This document shows, piece by piece, positions 31,388-41,327 of a stretch of 64,000 nucleotides of DNA. Numbering within the stretch: the first letter of the stretch is position 1; the number at the start of each line of letters is the position of its first letter. Both the position numbers and the translations under genes were made by a program. Origin of the DNA: an uncultured candidate division Zixibacteria bacterium (GTDB taxonomy: Bacteria > Zixibacteria > MSB-5A5 > GN15 > FEB-12); NCBI GenBank assembly GCA_963806185.1, contig CAWDXE010000007.1, positions 576,001 to 640,000 of the forward strand, written 5' to 3'. Below the pieces are notes generated by a model. The model saw nothing but the letters and a program-made list of their open reading frames with translations. It did not search any database and was not told where the DNA came from.

Positions 31388-32505
31388 AACCAAACCTGAA
31401 GTGACGGTAGTCGTGGTCGATGATTCCGCGTTCATGCGGAAAGCGATCACCATGATGCTGGAGTCCGACCCGACGATCAAGGTGATCGGGACAGCCCGCG
31501 ACGGCGAGGAAGGGGTGGAGAAGGTCCGCCGGCTCAAGCCCGATCTGGTGACGATGGATATCGAGATGCCGCGGATGGACGGTCTGACGGCTCTTCGCGC
31601 AGATCATGTCCACCAATCCGGTGCCGGTGATGATGATTTCATCGATTACCACCGAGGGGCGCAGGCTACGCTTGATGCGCTCGAACTGGGAGCGGTGGAC
31701 TTCATTCCCAAGCAGATGTCTTTCGTCAGTCTGGACATCGTGAAGATCAAGGACGAGCTGCTTCAGAAGATCAAGCATATCGTAAAGCGTAAATCGATCC
31801 TCATGGCGAGATATCGGACGCGGGCCGGTTTCCGTGCTGTCACCGGTCAACAGGCTCCTGGGGCGACGGCCAAGTCGCTAATCCGGCCCTCAGACAAACC
31901 GGTGGAGTCCGCCAAGGCATTGATCAAACGCCATCACAACGTCAATCTGATTGCCATAGGTTCCTCTACCGGCGGTCCGCCTGCGCTTCAGTCGGTCATA
32001 CCGGCGTTGCCACGATCCCTTCCGGTGGGCATTGTGATAGCCCAACACATGCCTCCGATGTTTACCAAGTCACTGGCCGAGCGATTGGACCAGCTTTCGC
32101 AGGTGACGGTGCGGGAAGCAGTAAATGGTGAGTCGATCGAGCCGGGTACCGTTTTGATCGCTCCCGGCGGGATGCATTTGACGGTTGTGAGGCGGTCGGG
32201 CCGCCTGACGGCAGTAGTCAATGCCGAGCCGGTCGGCACTCTCTATCACCCGTGCGTTGATGTTTTGTTTAATTCAGTGGCCGAAACCGTTGGCGGGGCA
32301 GCGCTTGGGGTCAGTTCTCACCGGTATGGGCAACAACGGCACGCTCGGTGCCCGACGCCTGAAGGAAAAAGGTGCCATTGTGATCGCGCAAAACGAGGAA
32401 ACCTGCGTGGTCTACGGCATGCCCAAGTCAGTGATCGAAGCTCAACTGGCCGACCATGTCGCGGCAATCGATCAAATCGCGTCCGAAGTGGTCAGTTACT
32501 TCTGA
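31377..32505 (+). CDS. cheB: Chemotaxis methylesterase CheB (frameshifted)
   Basis: REC domain, GSSTGGP, QHMP, IAPGG.H, LTGMG, CVVYGMP. Indels near 31600, 31660 and 32312. Confidence 0.9.
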
Positions 32506-32572
32506 TTCCCAAAGTTTTTGTTGAATTCTCCCCGGAAATCGAGCAAAATTTTCCCATGCTTGAAATGCAGGT

Positions 32573-33946
32573 ATGGGTATGAGCGATCGGAAGGATCGCA
32601 AGACGGCTGATCGGTCGGTGGACGACAACCGACTGGAGCAATTTGTCGATTCCTTTGGCTCATTCAACCGAGTCATCAACACTCTTCAGCGTCAGTATAT
32701 CGAGCTAAAGGACGAATTTACCTCACAGAACGAGAGTCTGGCGGCGGCCAATCAGAAGCTTATCTCGCTGACTCATCGCAACTTAGCCGCAACGGAATTT
32801 CTCAACTGCATTCTTCAGTCGCTATCGGCGGGTGTGATCGCGGTGGACGAAAGCGGTCAGGTCACTCACTTCAATCGGTGTGCTTCGATGCTGTTGGGAA
32901 TCCCTCAGAACGAACCGATCGGCAAGCCGTATCGCGATCTGATCCCGCCAGGTGAGCCACCCGACGTAAACGCGCTTCGGGCGGTCGAATCGGGGCGGAC
33001 GGTTGAATCGGCGGAGAAGAAGGTCACCTTGGCTGACGGCACGCGACTTCAATTGTCCGTATCTACGGCTCTGCTCAAGGATCCGAGCGGGCGCTCGATC
33101 GGGGCAGTTGAGGTGCTCCAGGACCTCACCAAAATCCGCAAGATGGAACAGGAAATTGCGCGGCTCAACACCCTGGCAGCCCTGGGTGAGATGGCGGCGA
33201 CGATTGCACATGAGGTACGCAATCCCCTGGCCGGAATCGGCGGCTTCGCAGCATTGCTGCGCCGTGACCTGCCGGAGGATGATCCTCGGCAGAAACTGGT
33301 CAGCAAGATCACCCGGGGGGTCGAAAGCCTGAATACCACGGTCACGACGTTGCTCAATTATACCAGAACCGACGAGGTTCTGCGCGACGAAGTGGACTTT
33401 ACGGAGTTTCTCAATACCACGACCGAACAGTACCGGATTGATCACAGTGAGTTAGCCCGACAGATGGTGTTCGAGTATCTGCATCCGAAAGCGGCGCCAA
33501 GCGATCCGGTTCGATTGGCCATTGATCACACGCTGATGCGGCAGCTCTTCTTCAATATCTATACCAACGCCGTCGAGGCGTGCGGCGGCGAGGGGAAGGT
33601 GATCATCACCTGTCGCAAACTGCCGCGGCAGACGGCCGTCAATCGGTATGGTGATCGACTGCTTCTGGGTCTGGAGGAAACCATCGTAGAGACCACGATC
33701 ACCGATTCCGGATCGGGAATCACTCCGGATGCTATTGAGCGCGTGTTTCGGCCATTTTTCACCACCAAGCAGGGTGGAACAGGACTGGGATTGGCGATGG
33801 TGTGGAAGATAGTCAAAGCGCATGGTGGCGACATTATTGCGGCGAATGCTCCGGAAGGAGGCGCCCGGTTCACGATAATCATGCCTACCCGAATCGATAC
33901 TTCAGCGGAAGTCTCGATTCTTCTCGGCGACAGGGAGTCTGTATGA
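32573..33946 (+). CDS. PAS sensor histidine kinase (FlrB/FlgS-like)
   Basis: PAS domain, AHEVRNPL, N box, DSGSG, PFFTTK..GTGLGL. Confidence 0.9.
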   Translation: MGMSDRKDRKTADRSVDDNRLEQFVDSFGSFNRVINTLQRQYIELKDEFTSQNESLAAANQKLISLTHRNLAATEFLNCILQSLSAGVIAVDESGQVTHFNRCASMLLGIPQNEPIGKPYRDLIPPGEPPDVNALRAVESGRTVESAEKKVTLADGTRLQLSVSTALLKDPSGRSIGAVEVLQDLTKIRKMEQEIARLNTLAALGEMAATIAHEVRNPLAGIGGFAALLRRDLPEDDPRQKLVSKITRGVESLNTTVTTLLNYTRTDEVLRDEVDFTEFLNTTTEQYRIDHSELARQMVFEYLHPKAAPSDPVRLAIDHTLMRQLFFNIYTNAVEACGGEGKVIITCRKLPRQTAVNRYGDRLLLGLEETIVETTITDSGSGITPDAIERVFRPFFTTKQGGTGLGLAMVWKIVKAHGGDIIAANAPEGGARFTIIMPTRIDTSAEVSILLGDRESV

Positions 33947-35307
33947 AATTCGCAGTACTGATAGTGGATGACGACCCGCTGGTGAATGAGTTCCTCACCG
34001 AGGTGCTCACGCGGGCGGGGTATGACTGTACGTCGGTTCACTCGGGAGAAGATGCGCTGGTGCGATTCAACGCCCGGCCGTACGACATCGTATTGACCGA
34101 TCTAAAAATGAGTGAGATGGACGGCATCGCCCTTTTGGACAACATCAAGAAGATGGATGCCAGCACCGTCGTGATCATCATGACCGCCTACGGAACGGTC
34201 GAGACGGCAGTCAAGGCGATCAAGAAGGGCGCGTACGACTTCCTGCTCAAGCCGGTCCTTCCGGAGACGCTCGAACACATGATGGCCCGGGTGACCGAAA
34301 TGTTGCGACTGCGTGCTGAGAACCAGCAGCTCAAGGCGGACCTTTCGGCGAAATTCCAGAATATCGTCGGCAAGTCCAAGATCATGCGGGAAGTATTCGA
34401 CCTGATTCAATCGGTGGCCGATGCTCGTTCGACCGTCATGCTCACCGGACCGTCGGGCACCGGCAAGGAAATGGTGGCGCGGGCGATTCACTATGCGTCC
34501 AATCGCGCCAACAATCCGTTTGTCAAGCTGAATTGTGCGGCCCTGCCGGAGAGCCTGGTGGAGGCCGAACTGTTCGGATATGAAAAGGGTGCCTTCACCG
34601 ACGCCAAGAAGACCAATCGGGGTCGTTTTGAGCTGGCCGACGGCGGGACACTCCTATTGGACGAAATATCCGAAATGCCGCTCAATCTTCAATCAAAACT
34701 GTTCCGCGTCATACAGGAGCGTGAATTTGAGCGCGTCGGGTCGAGCCAGACGATCAAGGTGGATGTCCGCATCGTGGCGACCTCCAACCGAAATCTCAAA
34801 GAGTATATCTCATCCGGTCGGTTCCGCGAGGATCTCTTTTACCGACTGAACGTGATCCCGATCTATCTGCCGCCGTTGCGGGATCGGATTGAGGATGTGC
34901 CGCTGCTGATCGATCATTTCATTGACAAGTACAATAAGGAGAATCTCAAGAACATCCGGGGCATGAATCAGCAGGCCCTGAAACTCTTCATGAATTATCA
35001 CTGGCCGGGCAATGTCCGCGAGCTGGAGAATCTGATTGAGCGGGCGGTGGTCACGGCCAGAGAAGATATCCTGACCGAGGATGACTTCCCGGTGGAGATG
35101 GCGCTGGGAAAGATCGGTGACGATCAGCCGCCGCTGCGGGTCCCAATGACGCTTGAAGAGGGGAACAAGTATCTGATACTCAAGACGCTCGAGAAGTACA
35201 ACGGTAACAAGACTCGGGCCGCCGAGGCGCTGGGGATAACCGCCCGGACTATTCGTAACAAGCTGGCGGAGTACCACATGGATGCGGAAACGACCGCTTA
35301 TTCCTGA
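33943..35307 (+). CDS. sigma54-dependent NtrC-family response regulator (FlrC/FlgR-like)
   Basis: REC domain, GPSGTGKE, GAFTDA, LLLDEI, WPGNVRELEN, Fis-type HTH. Confidence 0.93.
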   Translation: MKFAVLIVDDDPLVNEFLTEVLTRAGYDCTSVHSGEDALVRFNARPYDIVLTDLKMSEMDGIALLDNIKKMDASTVVIIMTAYGTVETAVKAIKKGAYDFLLKPVLPETLEHMMARVTEMLRLRAENQQLKADLSAKFQNIVGKSKIMREVFDLIQSVADARSTVMLTGPSGTGKEMVARAIHYASNRANNPFVKLNCAALPESLVEAELFGYEKGAFTDAKKTNRGRFELADGGTLLLDEISEMPLNLQSKLFRVIQEREFERVGSSQTIKVDVRIVATSNRNLKEYISSGRFREDLFYRLNVIPIYLPPLRDRIEDVPLLIDHFIDKYNKENLKNIRGMNQQALKLFMNYHWPGNVRELENLIERAVVTAREDILTEDDFPVEMALGKIGDDQPPLRVPMTLEEGNKYLILKTLEKYNGNKTRAAEALGITARTIRNKLAEYHMDAETTAYS

Positions 35308-35315
35308 GGAGGGGT

Positions 35316-35342
35316 GTAGAAATTTACCGTATCTGCCGATAG
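35316..35342 (+). promoter_or_regulatory. Possible sigma28 promoter of motAB
   Basis: GCCGATAG -10 element with a weak -35 (GTAGA). Confidence 0.35.
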
Positions 35343-35411
35343 AAATCGTGTGATCGGGCGACCTGCCGGCTGCTCAATGTTTGCGCAGGAGCGGGAGCCC
35401 CAAAGGCGGAT

Positions 35412-36173
35412 ATGGATTTCGCGACCATTATTGGTGTTATACTGGCCATCGGAGCGGTCCTGGGGGCGTATACTCTCGAGGGCGGGCATCTTGATTCTAT
35501 TTTTCTTACGGCGCCGATACTCATCGTCTTAGGTGGGACGCTTGGCGCAACCATCATCACCACATCCATGCACACTGTATCGCAGGTGCCGCATTACTTG
35601 CGGCTGGCCTTTTTCGGCCTGGATCGCGACAATATGGAGGGGATCGACCGGATCACCCGGCTGGCCGAACGGGCACGACGAGGAGGAATCCTCGACCTCG
35701 AAGATGATCTGAAGAAGATATCTGATCCATTCTTTCGGAAAGCAGTGCAGTTGCTGATCGACGGGACCGAGACGACCGCTCTGCGCGAGATGCTCGAAAC
35801 CGAGATCGTATATATTGAGGAGCGTCACAAGCGCGGCATCACCTTCTTCCAAAAGGCGGGTGGTTTTGCGCCGACCCTCGGCATTCTGGGCACGGTTCTC
35901 GGCCTGGTCCAGACGCTGGGAAACACGTCGGACGCTTCGCGCATGGCGGCATCAATTGCCGGTGCGTTTATCGCCACGCTCTGGGGAGTGGGACTCGCTA
36001 ACCTGTTTTTCCTGCCGATATCCGACAAGCTCCGGCTTCGTCACGACGAAGAAATGGGGTATCTCGAATTGATTACTGAAGGGGTGATCGCTATTCAGTC
36101 GGGGGAGAACCCGCGCAACATTCGCACCCGGCTGCTGGCCTTTGTGGCTCCCAAGCATCGCGTGGGAGACTGA
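35412..36173 (+). CDS. motA: Flagellar stator protein MotA
   Basis: MDFATIIG, IVLGGT, ARRGGIL.LE, APTLGILGTVLGL, QSGENP. Confidence 0.95.
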   Translation: MDFATIIGVILAIGAVLGAYTLEGGHLDSIFLTAPILIVLGGTLGATIITTSMHTVSQVPHYLRLAFFGLDRDNMEGIDRITRLAERARRGGILDLEDDLKKISDPFFRKAVQLLIDGTETTALREMLETEIVYIEERHKRGITFFQKAGGFAPTLGILGTVLGLVQTLGNTSDASRMAASIAGAFIATLWGVGLANLFFLPISDKLRLRHDEEMGYLELITEGVIAIQSGENPRNIRTRLLAFVAPKHRVGD

Positions 36174-36176
36174 CCA

Positions 36177-37031
36177 GTGCGCCGCCGCCGCAAACAGGGT
36201 GACAATTCGCACGAGAATCTCGAGCGATGGCTCCTGACCTATTCGGATCTGATTACGCTTCTCGCCGCATTTTTCATTGTCATGTACTCGATGTCCATGG
36301 TTGACGCCAAGAAGTTCGGCCGGATCGCCGAAGCGCTTAACGGTGTGCTCAAGGGCGGAAAACAGCTCGTCAGAGTGCAAAACGACCACAAGAAGACCGG
36401 GCATGGCTTGCTGCAAATTGGCGATCTGGCGATGATCCAGCAGCAGATTGAAGAGAAGTTCAAGGGGCTGAAGCGCCAGGAAGACATCAAGACCGAGATC
36501 ACCGAGCGGGGTCTGGTGGTCCATATTATGGAATCGGCGTTGTTCAAGCAGGGGTCGGCGCGACTCGAGCAGCGGGCTATGGAAGTGCTGGATATCATCG
36601 CGAACAAAATAGCGGGCATGCCGAATCACATTCGTATTGAGGGTCACACTGACGATCAGCCGATACACAATCCGCTCTATCCGTCGAATTGGGAGTTGTC
36701 CTCGGCGCGCGCCACGGAGGTTGTGCGTTACTACACCAATAATCATGCGATCGCGCCGGATCGCATTTCGGCGCTTGGGTACGGCGAATATCGCCCAGTG
36801 CGCCCCAATTCATCTATAGAGAATCGGGCGGCGAACCGCCGCGTCGATATCGTGGTTCTCACGATGGAAATGACCATGAAGGAACCAACCTCGCAGATGT
36901 ACTATTCGCCGAATCAGGTCGCGATTGGGAACGAGCTTCCCACTGATGACGGAAATGCCTTCCCGACAGCCACCGTCCCGACCGGTTTCACAACCCCGGG
37001 CGATGGTTCTAATTCGTTGTCAAATCAATAG
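36177..37031 (+). CDS. motB: Flagellar stator protein MotB
   Basis: WLLTYSDLITLL..FF, OmpA-like EGHTD, NWELSSARA, NRRVDI. Confidence 0.95.
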   Translation: MRRRRKQGDNSHENLERWLLTYSDLITLLAAFFIVMYSMSMVDAKKFGRIAEALNGVLKGGKQLVRVQNDHKKTGHGLLQIGDLAMIQQQIEEKFKGLKRQEDIKTEITERGLVVHIMESALFKQGSARLEQRAMEVLDIIANKIAGMPNHIRIEGHTDDQPIHNPLYPSNWELSSARATEVVRYYTNNHAIAPDRISALGYGEYRPVRPNSSIENRAANRRVDIVVLTMEMTMKEPTSQMYYSPNQVAIGNELPTDDGNAFPTATVPTGFTTPGDGSNSLSNQ

Positions 37032-37052
37032 GTTACCATTTCCCCACACAGT

Positions 37053-37069
37053 TTGGCACACCGCTTGAT
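37053..37069 (+). promoter_or_regulatory. Putative sigma54 promoter of the flgB operon
   Basis: TTGGCAC-N5-TTGAT (GG-N10-GA; the -12 element deviates from GC). Confidence 0.5.
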
Positions 37070-37097
37070 ATTGCTCCGCTCGGAGTAGTATTGCGTT

Positions 37098-37511
37098 ATG
37101 GAAAATAAACTGACCCAGTTCATTTTTGACCGAAGCGAGGTCCCGACATTTCGGAAGTATCTCGATCTATCTTCCATGCGGCACAAATTGGTCAGCGGAA
37201 ATCTGGCCAACGGTTCCACTCCCGACTACAAAGCACAGGACATCGACTTCCAGGAAGAGTTTGCACGTTTGACCAAGCAGACCAATCATCTGGCCGGTGT
37301 GACGACGCACCCTAATCACCTTCCCACCGGCCAGAGTGAGATGAAAGCACCCAAAATTGAAAAGACTCCAGTGGACGAAGGCGATCTCAACTCAGTCGAT
37401 ATCGATCGCGAAATTTCCACGCTGGCCCAAAACGAATTGCTGTACACCGTCGGCGCCAAGCTCTTGCAGCAGCGCTTTGAGGGATTGAGAACAGCAATCA
37501 AGAGCAAGTAG
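37098..37511 (+). CDS. flgB: Flagellar basal-body rod protein FlgB
   Basis: NLAN.STPDYKAQDIDF, NSVDIDRE. Confidence 0.93.
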   Translation: MENKLTQFIFDRSEVPTFRKYLDLSSMRHKLVSGNLANGSTPDYKAQDIDFQEEFARLTKQTNHLAGVTTHPNHLPTGQSEMKAPKIEKTPVDEGDLNSVDIDREISTLAQNELLYTVGAKLLQQRFEGLRTAIKSK

Positions 37512-37519
37512 ACAAGACC

Positions 37520-38014
37520 ATGGCCGGAATATTGAATGCCATCGAAATCTCGTCCCGCGGACTGACGGTTCAGCGCAAGAAGATGGACGTCGTTGCAGAA
37601 AACATGGCCAATGCCGAGACGACCGAGACGGCCGACGGCGGGCCGTACCGTCGCAAGCGCGTCCTGGTCAACGAAGAACAGGAGAAGGTGCGCTTCGATA
37701 CGTACATGCGCCGAGCGGGGACCGAACTGGCGCGGACCAACGCGGGTCACCTGCCGGGCAAGTCGCTGAGCGTACAGTCGACAGTCAACCTGGCCAACGT
37801 CAAGGCCGATGAAGTGGTCGATCCGGATTCGTCTTTCCGACTGGTATACGATCCGTCGCACCCGCAGGCGGATGAGGACGGATATGTCAAGATGCCGGAT
37901 GTTGAAATCATCAACGAGATGGTGGACATGATGACCGCGACGCGGGCGTATGAAGCGAATACGTCGGCCATCGCGTCGGCAAAAAAGATGTTTAGAAACG
38001 CTCTCGATATCTAA
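37520..38014 (+). CDS. flgC: Flagellar basal-body rod protein FlgC
   Basis: NMANAETT, GPYRRK, YDPSHPQAD.DGYV.MP, RAYEAN. Confidence 0.95.
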   Translation: MAGILNAIEISSRGLTVQRKKMDVVAENMANAETTETADGGPYRRKRVLVNEEQEKVRFDTYMRRAGTELARTNAGHLPGKSLSVQSTVNLANVKADEVVDPDSSFRLVYDPSHPQADEDGYVKMPDVEIINEMVDMMTATRAYEANTSAIASAKKMFRNALDI

Positions 38015-38028
38015 GTGAAGAGGAGTGT

Positions 38029-38349
38029 ATGAAAATCGATTCCCTCGGCATCCAGTCATATCAACAGGTCAATCGACGCGACCAGCAGGCCGCCACGGCT
38101 ACTTCGACCGCCCAGCAGGAAGCCGCCAAGGTGGAGATTCCCCAGGGCGAAACGAATACTTCGAAATTGGCCGTGAAGGCACCGGCGGGAACATACGCGG
38201 AACATCTCAGCGAGCCCGAGCGCAAGGCGCTCGAATTGCTGTTTGATCGTTTCCGCAACTCCGGGCGTTTTGGGGCCGCCTACACGGCGGACTCAAAACC
38301 GGCCGAAGCCGCTCCGGAGCTCGGTCGCGTGGTGGATGTAAAGGTCTGA
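38029..38349 (+). CDS. Hypothetical protein between flgC and fliE
   Basis: AGGAG RBS, tightly packed in the operon, 106 aa ending LGRVVDVKV. Confidence 0.75.
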   Translation: MKIDSLGIQSYQQVNRRDQQAATATSTAQQEAAKVEIPQGETNTSKLAVKAPAGTYAEHLSEPERKALELLFDRFRNSGRFGAAYTADSKPAEAAPELGRVVDVKV

Positions 38350-38350
38350 T

Positions 38351-38668
38351 ATGCCCGAACCGGTAGGAAATATAGTACGTCTGGTCCCCGGCCTGATCGA
38401 ACGGCCCGCGGCCAAGCCGACTGAGAATGCGACGCCGAGTGAAGGAGCTAATGGCTTCGGCAGGATGCTGGCCAGCGCCCTTGATTCGGTCAACGATCTG
38501 CAGCAACAGGCCGCGCAGTCGCAGACAGCACTCATGAACGGCGAGGCGGTCGAACTGCACCAGGTCATGATTCAGGCGGAACAGGCCGGATTGTCGATGG
38601 ATCTCCTGTTGGAGATTCGCAACAAACTGGTGGACGGATATAACGAACTGTCACGGATGCCTATGTAA
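38351..38668 (+). CDS. fliE: Flagellar hook-basal body protein FliE
   Basis: LHQVMI..E.A.LS...EIRNKLV.GY.E..RM. Confidence 0.93.
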   Translation: MPEPVGNIVRLVPGLIERPAAKPTENATPSEGANGFGRMLASALDSVNDLQQQAAQSQTALMNGEAVELHQVMIQAEQAGLSMDLLLEIRNKLVDGYNELSRMPM

Positions 38669-38728
38669 CCTGAGCGTATCTGACACCGGCTATGGATGGT
38701 CGGTACAAGATGATATATAGGATGTATC

Positions 38729-40303
38729 ATGGATTCTCTGAAACACTCGGCGAAAAACATCTCGGATCTTGTCGGCCGCATGACGCCCAGCCAGGTGATG
38801 ATGCTATTTGGTGTCATCGCCGGTTCTATTGTGGGCATTGTCTTTGTCGTGGGCTGGCTCAATTCCGTATCATACGCGCGGCTCTACTCCAATCTTCAGG
38901 AGTCAGAGGCGGGCGAGGTCGCCAATTATCTCAGCGACAAAAAGATTCCGTTCAAGCTGGTCGATAACGGCACCTCGATCGAAGTACCGCAGGACCAGGT
39001 GTACAAGGTTCGACTCGAACTGGCGTCGCAGGGTTTGCCCACGGGCGGAAATGTCGGTTACTCGATTTTCGACAAGAACAATCTGGGGATGACCGATTTC
39101 CTGCAGAACTTGAACTTTCGGCGGGCGCTGGAGGGTGAGTTAACCAAGACCATCATGGAACTGCGCGAAGTCAAGGCTGCACGAGTGCACATCGTGATGC
39201 CGAAGGACCGCCTGTTTAGAGAAGATAAGAAAGAAGCCACTGCGTCGGTGGTTCTGAAACTGGGCGGAGCAGGTACGTTGACCAAACAGCAATTGGCCGG
39301 CATTACGCACCTGGTTGCCTCGTCGGTCGAGGGACTTCGTCCCGAAAACATCTCGATCATCGATTATGACGGGAACCTGCTCACCTCGGGCCAGGGGAGC
39401 GACCGGCTGGCCGGGCTCTCGAGTTCACAGCTGGATGTCCGGCAGCAGGTAGAATCGTACCTCGAGGACAAGGCGCAAACCATGCTCGACGGCGTGTTGG
39501 GTCCGGGGAAGGCGATTGTGAGACTCACGGCGGACTTGAATTTCCAGCAACTGGAACGGACGGCCGAGACCTACGATCCGAACAGCCCCTCGGTGCGCAG
39601 CGAAGAAAAGACGACGTCCACAAGTTCGGCCGCGGACAAGGCGAAGGATGTCAAAGAGAGCAACCAGGAAGACAACACCCAGACCGTCGTTACAAACTAC
39701 GAACTTAATAAGACGGTGGAGCACATTATTAACGCCATCGGCACCATAGACCGACTCTCGATTGCGGTGCTCGTGGACGGATCGTATCCGCCGGTCGAAG
39801 GTGCTGATGGGGGGGCGGGTGAGAAGGTGTATCAGCCGCGTCCGCAGGAGGAACTGGATCGCCTGGCGGCTATCGTGCGGAATGCGGTCGGGTTTGACCA
39901 GCAGCGTAACGATCAGCTCGAAATCGTCAATATCCCGTTTGATCGCCAGGAGATCGAAAGCGATCGCCTGGTGCTCGATCAGATGTACACGCGTGAGTTT
40001 TACTGGGATATCGGCAAGAAAATCGGCCTGGCGCTGCTCGCGATCATTGCCTTCCTGTATCTGCGCAAGAAATCAAAGAAGCTGTTCACGGCGATCGGGA
40101 AAGCGATGCCGGCGCCGATGCCGCAGACGACCGTCCGCGCAACGTCACATGCAACAGGCGGCCAGACAATTGAGGATGAGGAGGACGTGCCTCCAATCGT
40201 GCCGGAGAAGCGAAAGCCGCGCCTGGTAGACCATATGCAGAAGACGGCCAAGGATCGGCCGGATGAAATAGCCAAAGTCATCAAGACCATGATGATCGAA
40301 TAG
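38729..40303 (+). CDS. fliF: Flagellar MS-ring protein FliF
   Basis: GYSIFD, RALEGEL, ARVHIVMP, ASVVL, two TM segments. Confidence 0.95.
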   Translation: MDSLKHSAKNISDLVGRMTPSQVMMLFGVIAGSIVGIVFVVGWLNSVSYARLYSNLQESEAGEVANYLSDKKIPFKLVDNGTSIEVPQDQVYKVRLELASQGLPTGGNVGYSIFDKNNLGMTDFLQNLNFRRALEGELTKTIMELREVKAARVHIVMPKDRLFREDKKEATASVVLKLGGAGTLTKQQLAGITHLVASSVEGLRPENISIIDYDGNLLTSGQGSDRLAGLSSSQLDVRQQVESYLEDKAQTMLDGVLGPGKAIVRLTADLNFQQLERTAETYDPNSPSVRSEEKTTSTSSAADKAKDVKESNQEDNTQTVVTNYELNKTVEHIINAIGTIDRLSIAVLVDGSYPPVEGADGGAGEKVYQPRPQEELDRLAAIVRNAVGFDQQRNDQLEIVNIPFDRQEIESDRLVLDQMYTREFYWDIGKKIGLALLAIIAFLYLRKKSKKLFTAIGKAMPAPMPQTTVRATSHATGGQTIEDEEDVPPIVPEKRKPRLVDHMQKTAKDRPDEIAKVIKTMMIE

Positions 40304-40311
40304 TCAGGAAG

Positions 40312-41327
40312 ATGAGTATGGAATTCGAAACGATGACAGCACAACAGAAGGCGGCGGTCGCTCTCATCGCCTTCGGACCGGAAGTCTCGGCGCTCGTGCT
40401 CAAGGGAATGAATGAAACCGACCTTGAGAAGATCACGATCGAGATTGCCAATCTGCGCGACGTACCGACCGAGATAGAAGATCACGTGATTGAAGAATGC
40501 CACAACATCTTCATGGCGCGCCAGTACATCTCGCAAGGCGGTGTGGATTTCGCCAGCGAAATTCTGGAAAAGGCGGTCGGCCATCATAAGGCAAGGAGAT
40601 TCTCACCCGACTGGAGTCGTCGTTCAAGTCACGCGGATTCTCGCTCCTGAAGGATATCGATCCCAAGCAACTGTCCGGCTTCTTTCAGAACGAACATCCG
40701 CAGACGACGGCGTTGATCCTGACCCAACTGAATCCGCAGCACGCCGCGGCGGTGCTGTCGGAGCTGGGGCCGGAACTTCAGGCGGAGGTCGCCCTCCGGA
40801 TTGCCACAATGGAGAAGATCTCTCCTGATGTTCTGAAGGAAATCGAAGCGACCCTCGAAGGTCATTTCGGCAATTCAGCCGGACGCGACTTGTCGGTATC
40901 CGGCGGCGCCAAAGCCATCGCCGAGATCCTTAACCTGATTGATTCATCGGCCGAGAAGAACATTCTTCAGTCGCTGGAAGCGGAAGATCCGGACCTGGCG
41001 GCTGAAGTGAAGAACATGATGTTCGTGTTCGACGATCTGATTCTGCTCGACGACCGGTCGATCCAGCGTCTGCTGAAGGATGTGGAGACGAAGGACCTGT
41101 CGATCGCTCTCAAGGCGACCAGCGACGAGGTCAAGAGCAAGATTTTCAAGAACGTGTCCGAACGGGTGGCCTCAATGATCAAAGAAGAGATGGAATTCAT
41201 GGGCCCGACGCGGCTGTCCGACGTCGAGGCGGCCCAGGGTCGAATCGTCGAGGCGGTTCGCCGACTCGAAGAAGAAGGCCAGATCATCATCTCCGGTCGC
41301 GGCGGCAAGGAAGATATCATTGTCTAA
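40312..41327 (+). CDS. fliG: Flagellar motor switch protein FliG (frameshift near 40593)
   Basis: QKAAV.L, GGVDFA, NEHPQT, MFVFDD, MGP.RLSDVE.AQ. Confidence 0.9.
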
